Below, one piece after another: positions 22,968 through 37,198 of a stretch of 64,000 nt of DNA. The translations under genes and the position numbers were made by a program. Source of the stretch: Lingula anatina (taxonomy: Eukaryota; Animalia; Brachiopoda); the NCBI GenBank assembly GCA_051362555.1, contig CM120643.1, positions 3,782,001 through 3,846,000 on the forward strand. The letters are read 5' to 3'. Each line of letters opens with the position of its first letter. Within the stretch, counting starts at the first letter, position 1. The notes beneath the pieces are model-generated. The model saw nothing but the letters and a program-made list of their open reading frames with translations, did not search any database and had not been told where the DNA came from.

Positions 22968-25945
22968 ACGCAACCACAGAGTCGCGACAACAGAGAACAA
23001 ACAATGAAATCAAAAAACAATACCTTCACGAATGATGCGTAACTCAGTAAACTGATTCTTATGTGATTTGTTTTTTCTAAGAAGCATATTTGAGTTCATA
23101 TGTACTGCTGCATAAAAATAAAAATGTTAGATATACATGTACAAACCTAAGTCGCCACAACTCTAGTGTTAAATATTTACAGTGCTAGAGCAATAGGCGA
23201 CATCATGTTTTAATTGGGATGCTTTAATAATAATAACCTCATTTATTTGGGATGAAGGTCTATAGATGGACAAAACAAAATGGTCTGTTTGTACAATAAT
23301 CTGATGGTAACGTTTTAGATTGTGTTAAGCCACATCGTGTCTTCTCTAACACAATCCGGCGACAGTGCTATTATTATGTAAACCAGGTGAGCATTTTGGT
23401 GAGAGGTATTCAGATAGGACCAAGGTCAGTAGGAAGAAGAAGAAGCCTCATATGCCACATTGCCACACTTTCCACACGTAGACTGAAATTTTGGCACTGA
23501 GAACTGATGTAGTTTGTTGTAAGTACTGTATAGATGATATAAGGCAACACTGATCATTTTATGATGACGATATTTTATCAAAAAGTATGCGTTTCCCACT
23601 TCAGGCGTAAGTACTCTTGGGTATATTTTACTGACTTGAATGCCGGAATGAGCTTGAAAATTTTATTACCTTCTTGCGTTGCTTCTTCCAGAAGGAAAGT
23701 ATTTGCTCATAAAGAAGTGAGAAGATTATTCCAGCCGTCCAAAGGTCTGAACGCGTTATTCCGTCTTAAACAAAACAAGACGACAAAGCAGGTAACTACC
23801 GGTAAATTCTCATCTCCCAATGAGTGCACTTTTTATCTTACGACAGCGGCTTGTACACATATATCCTGTTAATTAAAGTTAACTGTTAACAAACAAGTGG
23901 TTTTCTAGAGAACTAGTATATTTGCTAGGCACTGTCGACCTCCCTTACCTTCAATTTTTTTCCTGATTTCAATTTCAATTACACACCGTCCTTGATATTA
24001 TAATTTGAAATAAGATGTTTGCATAAAGCATTTGATTTAAAAAAAAAAGTTGAGCTAAAGTGCCAGCATTCGGACTACGAATATTTTTAAAGTATGGATG
24101 CATTGGTATAAAGTAATTGGTAAAATCATTCTGAAGAAGTTATAATAAGCACATGTAGCAATGAAATCCTGAATTTGTATAACTCTACCCACAAAATACG
24201 CAAAATAATGTATAACTAAGAAAGTAAAAAAAAAAAAACAGTCAAGATTATTATTAATATTATGTATTTCACTTTGTCAATTTCTTAGATATTATTATGG
24301 ATTTAGTTTAACTTATTTCATTTTTCATTTAATTTCAGTGCCTCGTAACAACCGTCTACGATGAAATTGGACGCACTCCCAGAAAAGACATCAGATTCGT
24401 GTTCGCCAGCGCCCGCACCCATGTCAACGTTGTCTTGCGTGTCGAAGTTTGTCGTATAGTCAACTTGCAAGGTTGACATTTGATTTGGTTTGAAATGTAA
24501 TATTTGCTTTGGTTTGTAATATTCTGCATCAAAACGTGTATCAAATGAAGTGCAGTGTGTAACGAGTGTTTTATTCATAAAACTTCTAATAAAATGTACC
24601 AAATCCAAGCGTCAACTCTGCACGTCGCTGGTTTATTATTATACATATGTAAACAAGTTGTACACTGTAACACATTACTCTATCTGCACACGATGTTTTT
24701 ATCATCGTTTAGAATTTTTTGTTCATAACCACCAGTTCTCGAACCTGAAACGACACTTTTGAAATTATCCTAAAACAAAAAGTGCCTTGCTTAAGTGATG
24801 TATGAAAATAAAATTAATTGTTGTAAACTTATCATTAAGTGATGTGCAGGTAGAGCGCTGTAGTGGTATGACCGGTTTAATGTTTGATTGTAAAATTTTG
24901 TGTGGGCAAGTATGTAGTAAGACGCTTTGTCATGCACTTAAAAATGCATGTTTTTTCCTTTTAAATTGGATACAAACATGGATCTTTATGAAGTTAACTT
25001 TAGAAAAGAAAAATACGTAAAATGCATATAGGAATCTTTTATTGTGTGCTCATTTGAGGAAATGAACAAGATGTAAATCTACAATAAAATGTAGACGCTT
25101 TAATCCAAATTATGACACTTAAGAATTAACGGCAGAATGAAATTGTAATATGTGTAATATTATTACAGAATTGCCCACACGCATTGAAATTGTAAAAATG
25201 CGGTTATGACGAATGGTAAGAATAAGCTTCCTGTGGTTCCCGGTGTTTTGATATACTAGTAGTATGTCTGATCAGTGATAGACCCATAGTTTTATTGCTG
25301 GGAGAGGATAGAAATGTTTTTGTTTTCAGAAAATCAAACCTGGGGTTGGGTCAGATTTTTTTAATTGATAAGTTTTTGTTATTAAGGAAGTAAAATTAAC
25401 TTTTTACCTTCATTACAAAGCGGATATACTCACAAAGAGAAACGGTGAATAGTAGAAAGTGTTTCCTTTTGGTCAATTAAAATGTATATGTAGGACTGGC
25501 ATTAATCGCATCTTTTACAACTTGAAATTTTGAAAAATCCGTATCAAATCTGTATCGAAAACTACAGTCGTCGAAAAGTTCTGTTGTGGAGGTAATGGGG
25601 GTAATGGGTATTTCCTAGTAATTTTGTAGACTGTTGTCAATCCTCTAAAAACACGACACTGGTCTGTTTATTGGTGATTTAATGACCTAACGTCTAAAAT
25701 TCCTTTTTCTTTTGTGATTTTTTTTGTGTAATCAAATATTAAAAATCAAAATTCTATCGGAAAAATGACACTTTGATTGGTTAGAGTAAGTTTTACACAA
25801 AATTGGAAGGTCAGTGTTTTACTTAATGTTGATCTTGTACTTGGTACTTTCTTAATTCTATATTTCGGTCGGGATCAAGGGGTGATTGAGAACAAAAGGC
25901 CTGATTAGGTGCCAGTCCTGCACATGCTGTTGGGTTATTTTTGCC

Positions 25946-25990
<45 letters not shown>

Positions 25991-26799
25991 CACTGAACCC
26001 GAGACCGTTGAGTTAATTAGCATTTTCTGATTAGTTATTTTAAGTAAACTTGTTTTCGCATAACCTTTTCAATTTTGTTTACATATTGTTCTTAAAAATG
26101 GCTATGACTGGGATACGGTTGTAAACTGACCACGTCTTCATGCTGTTCTTGATTCACACGACGCATAAATTTAAGTGTTCGCTCAAAATTGTGCCACCAA
26201 AGTATTATTTTAAGATTTAAAGAGAAGAAAAACTGACGCACAATATCAGGTACATATTTATTTATCTATGAAAAAAGCAAATTTACCGAACTGAATAATG
26301 TTTGACTGCTGTTTGGTGTTGTGTGTGATCATCAGCATGGAAACATGGAGTTAGTTGTAGGGTCATGAATGCGTTCCCGCGTGCGAGGAGAACGCTTACA
26401 CGAGATCATATGCACTTTGAATTTCAATACTGTTACATTTTGGCTCACTCATAAGACAAATACTTCAATGTCAACTTTGAACGATGGCTGTAAAGTACAT
26501 CGCGACAAATCTTCAACTTTCTCTTTTAACTCTGGGCAAAAAACCCCGAAATTTCATGTTCTTTTTTACAATCAAAACGATTGATCTTGAGCGACACTTT
26601 TCAAAGTGCATAAAATCTTCCACACATTTAGTTGTAGATAGTTGTATTTAAGATTGATTTACATCTCGAAATGCTAAGTCGTTATGAAAATTACTGTATG
26701 GCGCAATTGCTTGTATTTCTTTTAATAAACGTACATGAAAGTTGTAATAGATGTAGTTTCAAAATGTGCAAAAATGCCGCTTGCTCATTCTTTTCAGCT

Positions 26800-27170
26800 C
26801 AACTCGAACCTTTGGTTATCAACTTAGTGGTCGTCTTCTCTTTCTTGATCTGTCGCGTTACCCACTGAGCTACTGTCTCAGCTTAATTTTCCTCATTCGT
26901 ATGATTCTCTTGTAGTAGTTCAAATAGTTTCTTTGGGTTTATTTTTGCAAAAGGTAATTTGCTGGGACCTAGAAGCGCCAGGAATCGAACTGGGGACCTT
27001 CTGTCTCAGAGACAAGCGCGTTACCTACTTCTCTAAGTGTTCCCACCCACCCTCCCCGGGTAGACTTTCTTCTTATAGTAACCAAAGAAAATTTCTAATA
27101 GTACCTCATTGTGATTCCAAAGTGCCCGAGCCAGGAATCGAACCCCAACCTCACGCTACCACTGAGCAAT
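26800..27170 (-). pseudogene. Three degenerate tRNA-like / SINE-head remnants
   Basis: Minus-strand A-box-like GTAGCTCAGTGG and B-box GGTTCGAGT / GTTCGATTCC at about 26801-26872, 26975-27035 and 27125-27170. Confidence 0.45.
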
Positions 27171-27539
27171 ATAGCCATCAGTAAAAACACTAAGACATTT
27201 TGTATATTCAATAAGTTTTTTTATTAAGAGCAATAAGCAATACAAATTGCTTTTATGTATTCAATTATTTATAAAACATTTATCTGTAAAATATCATCGT
27301 CTTCAGTCTTTTTATTACTACAAGTTAAAAAGCGTTTAGTATCTTAAAGAATATTATGATATTATAGTATAATATTGATGTCTGCATTTAAATTCACTTA
27401 CAGGTGTAAAAATATAACATTCATATATATTCGACTTGACAAATAAACTATCTACCACATTAATGGTCTTATGTTTGTTCTTAATGACAAAAACAATATA
27501 TTTCAACTTCTTCATTGAAATTAAAAAAAAACAAAAAAA

Positions 27540-27675
27540 CAATGGTGGATCTAGTCTCCGCCCTCCCCGAGGAGAGAGACCCATTCTGGACTCACATGAT
27601 CAAGTTCTCAAAATACTCCATCTCGCTCCAAATGTCAACATCTGACCCCTTTAAAATGTCCTGGATCCGCCATTG
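27540..27675. mobile_element. Short MITE
   Basis: CAATGGTGGATCTAG ... CTGGATCCGCCATTG inverted termini. Confidence 0.6.
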
Positions 27676-27799
27676 TTTTTTTTCTATATAATAATGGCAA
27701 TTATGAGATTTTTATTAAATGCTATGTTTAAAACTGAACGCTTTTTAAGTCGGACACGTATCGTTAGGAAGACAAAACGAACACACTTTCGTTGTTAAA

Positions 27800-28020
27800 A
27801 CCCCCTTTACACTGGACGGCGTCTTTTCTGCGTCCTTTGTGCGACCATGAAACTGGCATCGCTGTGGTCGTAGAAAGGACGGACAAGCATCACTTTGGTT
27901 GCAGAATGAATGCTCAATGACAACTCGGCCAGTTGTCGGCACGTAAAGTATTTCTTTTTCACTCTCAAACGGGGCCGTACTACGGGACGCAGAAAGGACG
28001 CCGTCCAGTGTAGAGGGGGC
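27800..28020. mobile_element. PIF/Harbinger-like MITE
   Basis: CCCCCTTTACACTGGACGGCGTCTTTTCTGCGTCC ... GGACGCAGAAAGGACGCCGTCCAGTGTAGAGGGGG, flanked by TTAA-like sites. Confidence 0.75.
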
Positions 28021-31000
28021 TTAAACAAAACAAAGTGTCAAAATACGTAAAAAAAAAACAAATACAGCGTTTACCCAGCTTTTGACAAAATTGAAAGAAT
28101 AATGAACATTAGATAATAAAAGAAATATGAAATTGAAAAAATAATCCTTACAAAAACTATTTAGAAAACAAACTACATGTTCACTTACGAAATCTGGGTT
28201 AAAATCCAAGGGACAGATCACGATATTTCTCATATTTTCTACATCCATTTTCAATTTCAAAAATATTGTAAGAAATGTTTTGCAACCTTCTGAACATAAA
28301 ATGTTCTAAATACGAGAAAATATCCCTAATTTCTGTATCATCTGGTCAATAGAAGGAAAGATGCTGGTTAAAGAGAATTGCCGAAAACAGTTACAGTTGG
28401 AAAATAAAACAATTTTCAATCACATAAATGGTCCCGTCATCTTTACCCAGAACCTGTATTTGTTCAACAGATTTTTGGCAAAAAAGAAAGACACACGATG
28501 AGTGTAATTCGTTTCGTTTTCGATTTCAGTACATTTAGAGAATGAGACTGAAAAATATACAGAAATTAAGGATTAAACACTGGGCTTGTAGAATTTATCA
28601 GCGGTTTTCATGTGTTCCTTGTGATTAAGGTGAAATTGCTGAATGTTACAGAAAAACATTTGGCTTTAAACAGACATAAAATTTGTGTATTTTTGCGTAG
28701 TTAATTAGCATTCGATCTAAACTATAAAGTCACCCCCTGCTGTCTTGCTGAAGAATACCACATATAGTACCATTTCACATGTCACGTGTGACAAACTTGA
28801 AAGTACGATAGTACAAAATATATTTCAGTACAATAAAGCAAGTTGACCATGCTTTCTGATATATCATTACGTTTTAAATATGTTACATTTAATTCGTAAA
28901 AGACCTCAAATTCGTGATGTTATATTGAAAAAAAAAAAAAACACGTAAAAGACACCTTTGGGCAGAGCCTTTTCAAATCCGTTCCAAACAGCATTTCGGG
29001 CTATCAGTTCGCCCCTTATGTATTGAAAGGTTGATCTTGTAATATGTCACGCAGAAATTATTACAACTTCAATTTAACTTTCACATTTTAATGAAATGAA
29101 ATATTAAATATTAATTTATGAAATGTTGCCAATATTCGAAATGGAAGTGTATTACTATACCTCCTTAATACTTGAATAATGTTATTTACTTCGGAAATGG
29201 ACGTTTGTTACTTTACCTATGTCATATTCTATAATTCCCCTACCAGCCGCTCACTACATGTAAATATCATATCAATAGCCAGACCCTCACAAGTCATTTC
29301 ACAGCATTTTCCCCTCCTTGGCCATTTCTAACGGTAAACTTCCACTGCCATTATTATTTCTACCAACGAAGTTCAAAATACTGAACATGAAGTGCAACTG
29401 CATCTTCCTTTGTTTTATGAGACGTGATGAGATGAAGTGAAGGAGGAAATAAATGGTATGTGGGGAAAATGTTGGGAAATGATCAAAACTACTTTTAAGC
29501 AACTGGTGTCAAAATACTTTTCAAAAATAAATCACAATTAACTTATCACCAAATACCTAACATTGGTTTCTTTAAACGTTATATTGTTAAGGCTGAAATT
29601 ACGTTATTCGTATACTTAATATCTAAGCCGCCTTCGCTCCACTTCCTGATCACTCAGCACTGAGGCAGTGACGTCTCCTTCCAGGCTGTCCATCCCATTA
29701 CATTCATGGTAGGGGGAGGTGGCAGGTTGAAGTGACCGCCTTTCCTTTTCAACTTTCACCAATATTTTACGGATGAAACTTCATTTGTACTTTACAACAT
29801 TAAAAATACATTGGACGAGTTTGTGATCAGTATATTTCAAAAAATGCCAGACGAAAACTAACTTCAGATCCTTATCAACCCCAAATTGAAACGACATTAT
29901 ATAGGTCACTGGCTATCTTGATATGACTCAATAAGGTTCACTGATTTGAATATCTGAGCAGTTTTTGCTATGTTTGACCAAGTAGACCTTACGATAGAGA
30001 CTGCGGTGTTTTGATTCTGATGTTGTCTCAACCATGATTGTGATGGACTCCACAAAATATCACCTCATTGTGTTTGTGAAGACATAACGCGAGGCGGAGA
30101 GGAGGGATAAAAAGTTCATAAAGAAATTACCTAATAAGCTATTGAAAATGACAATATGATATTTTAGTTTAAATTAGATGTCAACGAACCATTCAATAGA
30201 GAAAGTTGGATTAAAAGGAAATATCTTGAAAAAAAAACGGCACAAAAATGATGGGGGGAGGGTCTGGATGATGGTATAAAAGGTTTGGGAGAGTCGGGGG
30301 AAATTCAGTTTTGATGTTTTAACTTTAACACACCAGGTTATACAAACTTTTACAACTTTTGTCTCTAAAAAAACCTGTTCAAATTTATATTTTTCTACTA
30401 AGATGGACTTCGAATTCAAAGATGACGTCTATTGAGAAAGAGCGACATTACTAAAAACGCAGCACTAGAAAATTAGCTGGCAAAGCGTAAAATTAAAATA
30501 AGTTCCAGCAAATGTTATGCTGACGTTATGCTAGAAAATCACCGTGACGTTATAATTTAGCGCTGATTTACTCTATCAAATTCTTCCTCTGAAATGTTGC
30601 CACAATGACTAAAAATGAAGCTTACATACTCGTCATCTCTTGAAAGTGAAATTTCAAAAAATTAAAAGAGAAAGAAATTATCGACATTTTTCATTTAAAT
30701 TAGCGTTTTTACACACAACGAACGCGACGCAACGTAATGGCGCGTGAAAAAACGACTTAAAATCCCTACGCCGTGACAGTATGTGTCCTACTGTCAGTTA
30801 CAGATGGAACATTAAGTGCCGACAGAATTTGCATGAAGTCAAAGTTTGCTGTTTTTGAACTACACAAACTGTCGGCGATTATCACATCAAGTATGTTTGC
30901 CGACTTGCACGAAATATTGTACATTTTTTTTTATGCACTAGGACTTATTTGCGCGATTATCCAGTACATCAGAAAACATCAAACAGAAGTGCTAGTGAAT

Positions 31001-34000
31001 GAGATTTAGTGCTTTTGACAAACTGTCCCCATAGGCAATGGGCTAAACAAGAGTAGTACAGATTGCGGTTTGAAGGACAGAATGATAATTTTTTTAAATT
31101 AAAAAATGATTTTTTTTTTTCGAAATGAGATATTTGGGACTTCACAAAGAAACCTTAACAATATTTCAAAAATGTCCCAGTAACATAGAAAGTTGGGGTA
31201 AGGACGCGAGTGTCACCTCTACCTGAGGTGTGCAAAAAGCTGAATGAAAGCCACATAACGGAGAACGGAGATTGAAATATCGGAGCGCAAATATTAACTT
31301 GTTTTAATTATTGATAAAAACAGGCTGTTAGTATGACCAAGTTGTAAAACAGCCAATAAAATTCTTGAAACATTGAAAGACTTGAATTGGGATATAATAA
31401 AGTTCTTGATTTGCCGGTTTAATTTTTCTATATCATTAAATGTATAGTCAAACTATTTTCTTAGCAAACTGCTAACAACACATTTCTAAACGAGGCGTTA
31501 CTTTCCAAAGTATAAAAAAATTTGTTTGTGTGTGTGTGTGTGTGTGTGTATGTGTGTGTGTCGGGGTGGGAGACGTACATGTAGGTCGTGCGCGGGAATC
31601 TTTCTCTCTGGCAATTGTCAATGTTGACAAGTATGTAATGGTCCGGGAGAATAGAGGAAGTTGACTTACAACAGTTTTAATGCTACAGTATTTGACCTCT
31701 ATCTCAACATGATTGTGACGGTGTCCATGAATTTCATCATATTGTGCTAGTGAAGACAGCGATAAATGACAGGACGCTGCTATGATCATTTATCTTATAA
31801 TTTCTCCGGTGTGTCATTATAAAATGTTTTTAATGCTCGAAACATTTTGTCCTGAATGCACCTATTTCAAAAGTGTCCAAACGTCATGAATTTCCAAACG
31901 TCATAAATTTCATTTATATGAAAAAAGAGTATCATGTAACAGTGGTAATCGTACCTGAGGCCCCTGCAGGCGATGTATGTTTTTTTCTCTGGGAATTCAC
32001 GTGGAGACGTTGTCCAGGATCGAGTAGCTATCTCTTTCTAAGAAACTAATTCCTTGTAAAATTTTACCAATATATAATAACACGCTTCATATTAATGATC
32101 ATGGACCTATTTGATCAATACTTTCATCAAGGTTTATTATTTTCTTATTATTTTCTTTAAAAATTCCAGTCCTGGGGGAATCTGTCCAGTGCGGACGGCT
32201 CCTACAATTTCTTTGTAGAATAAAAGAACTCTAACATCTCGTGATTGATAAATTCCGCACACCGCTGTGGTGAGACTGTGTGGAGTTGGTTGAGTTTGTG
32301 GCGTACACGATCACCAAGAACCTCCCCCCTGAAATTCTCGTGGAATTCAACATGTGAAGTGATCAACCCGAGAACGAGGTTAAATATGGCACAATGGGTC
32401 GCTGCACTTGTACACAGCAACTCTATGGCATGGAAGTGTGTTGACCCGGATTGAAAGAAAAAGGAAATAAAGCACAGGATAATTACCCACAAGAGGAAAA
32501 TAGATAAATAATAAATAAATACACGATAATGAATTAAGTTTGCAGTAATACATATGTTAAATCCCAGGTCAAAATAGATAATAATTAGAAGTATTAAAAA
32601 CCACTTTAAAGATAATGTTTTGGTCGTTTTTATACGCACTTTGCTTTTCTGTGACAAAATTCAATGGTTTCGTTTGGTGTGTCATTTCAGCTTTGACTTG
32701 CTCTGTCATTTCCTTATCTGCATTGGCTGAAAACTTGAGTGGAGAAATAAACCCAGTGTAGTTGCTTCCAGTAAAAAGACATACTCAGTTTGTACTCTAT
32801 ATTCGCATATTAGTACAACACAAATTTATGTTCGCGATAAATATCTTCATGTCTACCTTCTTTTAATCATCAGCCTGTGATGCAAATAACGAAATCCAGA
32901 GAAAGCAGACGCGTTTATTATGAGTATCTCCATTCTTATGATTTCGGTTTAGAGATATTCTGTAAGTTATCATTCTTGCATAAGAAATCACTCTTTTAGT
33001 CTGACCTTAAAAGTTTCCTAAACTAATAAATAAATAAATAAAATAAAAGTCATGTCCATTTACATCACACATACCTAACACTGTATTTCTTTATTTCTAT
33101 ATGATAAGGACAGTAGGCTGAGAAAAATATTTGCAGGGGGGGGGGATAGGAGCCTATTCCCCTCCCCCACCCCGCCCTAGCCACGTCAGTTCTTAGCGGA
33201 GAAGAGGATGATGGGCCCTGTTCATTTCTTTACCACTTTACATATCTATAAACAAGTTCTTGATATATTGCATCGAGGACCGAGACCCCAGTCAGTCGAT
33301 GGCCAACTTCAAGTGAGTAATTTTTTCCTTGCCCCCAACCCCTTCTCCTACTCGGCGATTCAATGTTTGCACTGATGTCATATTTGCCTGCAGCTTGACA
33401 GACGAGACACTTACTTGGCATGGAACACCCCCTGACGTATTTTACTGATAAGGTTGGACCTAGAGAAGTGGTCAGGAACCCATTACAGAGAACGACTTCT
33501 CACTGTCCTTGTTCATCCCCTAGCTTCAGGTTAAACATACCATATCTCATAACATTGGTTTATAGTCATGTTATTCAATTGATGTTTTTATTCTTACAAA
33601 ATCATTTGAATGTGGACAGAAATTTTGCTATTTTACAGAAAGAGCTTATATTGTTATCATGGTGACGATGTGGTAAGTGTGCTTGTAAATGAAATTAGCT
33701 AGAGGATTACGTGGGCTTCATTGCGGCAGTTGTCCCTCTCCCAAAATCTGGGCTTCATGAATATTTGAAGACAATGCACAAAATGATGATTTAGACTAAA
33801 ACGAATGACGGGGAAAAGACAACAATAAGCAGAAATTTCGGTATCTTTTATTATTACTTTTAGTGTTGGTGTTTTATTGTAGAAAGTGCCCTCACCAATC
33901 TTTCATTGCTTTATTCGTTTTTTATCAACGTATTATGATGGGCCCGGGAATGTTCAAGTTGGAGCATTGATACAAGATCTGTAAAAGAAAAAAAAACTAA

Positions 34001-34769
34001 AGAAAATGGCATGAAGAAGGTCTAGAAAAAAAGGTGTCTGGCAACCCCAGTACACGCTTTATGTTTTTCTGTGGGAACAACTCAATATTTTTCACAAGGA
34101 GGGCCCTGTCATCCATCAAGAGAAGACCGGTGAGGATGATACAGCATTATTGAACCTGTTCATCTGTTCAGTTTAACCCCTTGTCTGTTACGTAAAACGC
34201 TTTATTTAAAGCTCAAGTAAGGAATTAATTTCTTTATCCACGTCAATATAACTGCTTATATTAACGTCTTCTCCAGTATTGATTTTGTCAGCAATGGAAT
34301 CCGGTAGAATAAAACCGAGAGCTCAGTCTCATGTTAAAGTCATAATAAATAAAAATATCCCCATTTTATTCTGGTAAATAATCTATTTTCGAAATAGTCT
34401 GATACATGCATCGATGTTTTATATTTATTCCGTCTCTGCGGAGCAGAAGTCTTTAAAGAAGTCCTTAAAGGAATATTGTGTACCCATGGGCTGAGTAAAC
34501 CTGTTGCAACTACCTACAGGACAGTCTACTTGTTGTGTACCAGTAGTATTGCGGGGATTTGGTCATTAATGAGCAGATATAAAGTACAATAGTTGGACCA
34601 GCTCGAGATTCAATTCCTTAGTATCTGTGTAAAAAGTACCACTGTTTCGCAATAAAATTAATATTTTGGCGATTGATTTTAACATTAACATTAACCTCCC
34701 TGTAATGTAAACGTATTCGCCGTAGCCGGTACGACGTTAAAGAAAAAACGCACGTATATAATTTCATCG

Positions 34770-34848
34770 CACGACACACTTTTCTAATGTAATCTAGGCA
34801 TAAGAGATTAACTCTTATGCCTAGATTACATTAGAAAAGTGTGTCGTG
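34770..34848. repeat. Perfect 37-bp inverted repeat with a 5-nt loop
   Basis: CACGACACACTTTTCTAATGTAATCTAGGCATAAGAG-attaa-CTCTTATGCCTAGATTACATTAGAAAAGTGTGTCGTG. Confidence 0.95.
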
Positions 34849-35758
34849 TGTGAAAAGTGTGAAATCTGATAACGGAAATAAAATAAAAATTCACTACTCC
34901 GGTAGATTTGAGATATCACTTTTTGGTGTTTTTGATATGATAATTCTGCTGAATCTTGAGTATTTTAATCCAAAAACAGTTACGGATGCCTTCAGTCTTG
35001 GACATAATAACGTTATTCGTTATAAAGTCCAAGCTTCAGTGTAGTATAGATAGACCACCTCGTAATAAATCGTAAATCCTGTCGAAAGAAACCACTAAAA
35101 GCAGCACCGTCATCTTTGTTTCTTGTTATGTTAAAGTATTCTACTAGTTTTTTTATCGAAAATTCATAATAAAGCCACGCCAACATTCTTACAGGGTTAT
35201 CACAAAATACACGTAGAACAAAAAAAACTTATAAAATAAAAGATATCAGGAAGAGTTTCGTCAAGTCTTATGTATAGCCAAAATATCGAAAAGGCCTGTA
35301 GATTACTTGTATTTAGATAAGTACACATACTCTTTTCATCAGCGAGTTTCCAAGACAAAGAAATTTAGGTTACAAATGTACGACAACTACAGAAATGTTC
35401 ATAAAGTATGTCCATGTATGCAATATCATATTTTTAATTAAATCTTAGATGATGTAACAACTTGACTTTGTTTCAAAAAAATAAAAGAACTAAAAAAAAA
35501 CAAATATTGTGAGAATTCTTACTCAAAACTGTTTAAGTTGATCTACCAGTATCTTTTGACAGTATGTCTACCTGTATGTATGGAGATGATATGATATTTG
35601 GTAATTTGAGGTAAAATCTTACATAATTTGATGGCTTGAATTTGTTAAGTTTAAAGAAAGGGGAAAATGTTGTGAGAAGTCCGATTCGAGACGGTTTATG
35701 TTGATCTTTGTTGATTGTTCTTATCACCTAAGAAATTTAACCTGCTCTCTCTCTCTCC

Positions 35759-35795
<37 letters not shown>

Positions 35796-36394
35796 GGTGG
35801 GGGTGGGGGTGGGTGGGTTTGTGTGCGCGCGCTTCTCAAAATCAATTTGCTAAGACATGATAAAAGGAATCTTAATCAATCTTATTGGGGAATTTATGAT
35901 AACGAAATGTGCAAAAGAACTCAATGTTATTATCTGTTTTGTATTAAGTATTTGTTGGACTGGGCACTACAAGTACCGCTGGACATGGAGAGAGTGCCAA
36001 CAAGAGAAATGAGGAGCGATTACATTTTGCGGTAATTTTTTCTTTATATCATTTTGATATTCAAAGAAGTATTGATCATTGTAATTGGGAAAGAATGCAA
36101 AGCTGGCCATATGAGTAACAGCTAGTAAGCCGTTGATAACTGATCTCAGGGGCATAGCACCACTGCACGAGTCCCATGTTATATTCAGCAATGTTGAAAA
36201 AAAGTACAGCCTGTTAAAAGATATACAAACCACTTACAGGTACATTTTTATGTGGTTTGAAAACTGAAATAAATACACCGACCGTAGCTGGGGGGGGGGG
36301 GGGGGGGGGGTGTAATATCCTTATCTTTATTAGTTACTATCCTGGTCTGTCCTTTAATCAGCGTAGATGTGCACCACAGGACTACAGTATAATC

Positions 36395-36662
36395 CAGGGA
36401 CAGATTTAGGGTGGGTGTCAGGGGGGTCCTGACCCTCTCTTCAGTTTCTGAAAAAAATCAATGGTCCCCTCTTGAAATTAGAATTTCGACTAGCTGAATC
36501 ATAGTTCTAAACCGTACCAAATGGCACCGTTCGCCCTCTTAAATACCAAACTTTTTCTGGGCCCTTCACCGGGCCTCCCACCCCACGCCAAGAGGAGGGG
36601 GGGGGGTCGGCTTCGCATCCGCGAAACCCCCCTCCTTTATAATAATCATGAATCCGCCCCTG
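36395..36662. mobile_element. CAGG-terminal MITE with an imperfect 5-bp TSD
   Basis: taatc|CAGGGACAGATT...AATCCGCCCCTG|taacc. Confidence 0.6.
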
Positions 36663-37052
36663 TAACCTGTTTGCAATTTTCATTAAAAATAAAAGATATC
36701 TTTGGTCCCGACCTTTTTTTTAATAGCGTACACAAGTAAGAGCACCAAAGCAAATCACCTGTAGTTTTTCCTCTTTTTTTATTACTTATTTCAACTAGTG
36801 CGGCGATAGTGGGTACTCGGGGGAGGGGAATCTGGCGCACAATCTTAATAGAGTTCTGATAATTTGACCACATTATTGTTAATCATGAACATTATTAAGA
36901 AGCGCGTTATCAATTTTTATAATTACAAGTTATCTTAAAAATTTCCCCGTGAACCACCACGACGAGGAATCGTAGTAACCAAGAAGATTTTAAATTTTGA
37001 AATCTTTTTATTTCTGGATATTTTGACTGTTAGGGCCTTTGCCCAATTTTCG

Positions 37053-37098
<46 letters not shown>

Positions 37099-37198
37099 AG
37101 GAAGACAATATCCCTATAAAATTCACCCTTGTCGAACACAAATAAATAGAAATGCAGTCACAAATTTAATGGAAAATTTAGACATGCATTTTTACCTA

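Noticed and set aside
24318-24608. 96-aa minus-strand ORF
   Set aside because: No domain signature, splice partners or homologue in the window.
25949-25987. Long poly-T tract (also poly-A at about 37057-37097 and several (GT)n runs)
   Set aside because: Simple repeats with no TSD or retrocopy body identified.
32165-32460. GC-richer island after an acceptor-like site, possibly a decayed exon
   Set aside because: No recognisable motif in any frame and stops interrupt the plus-strand frames.
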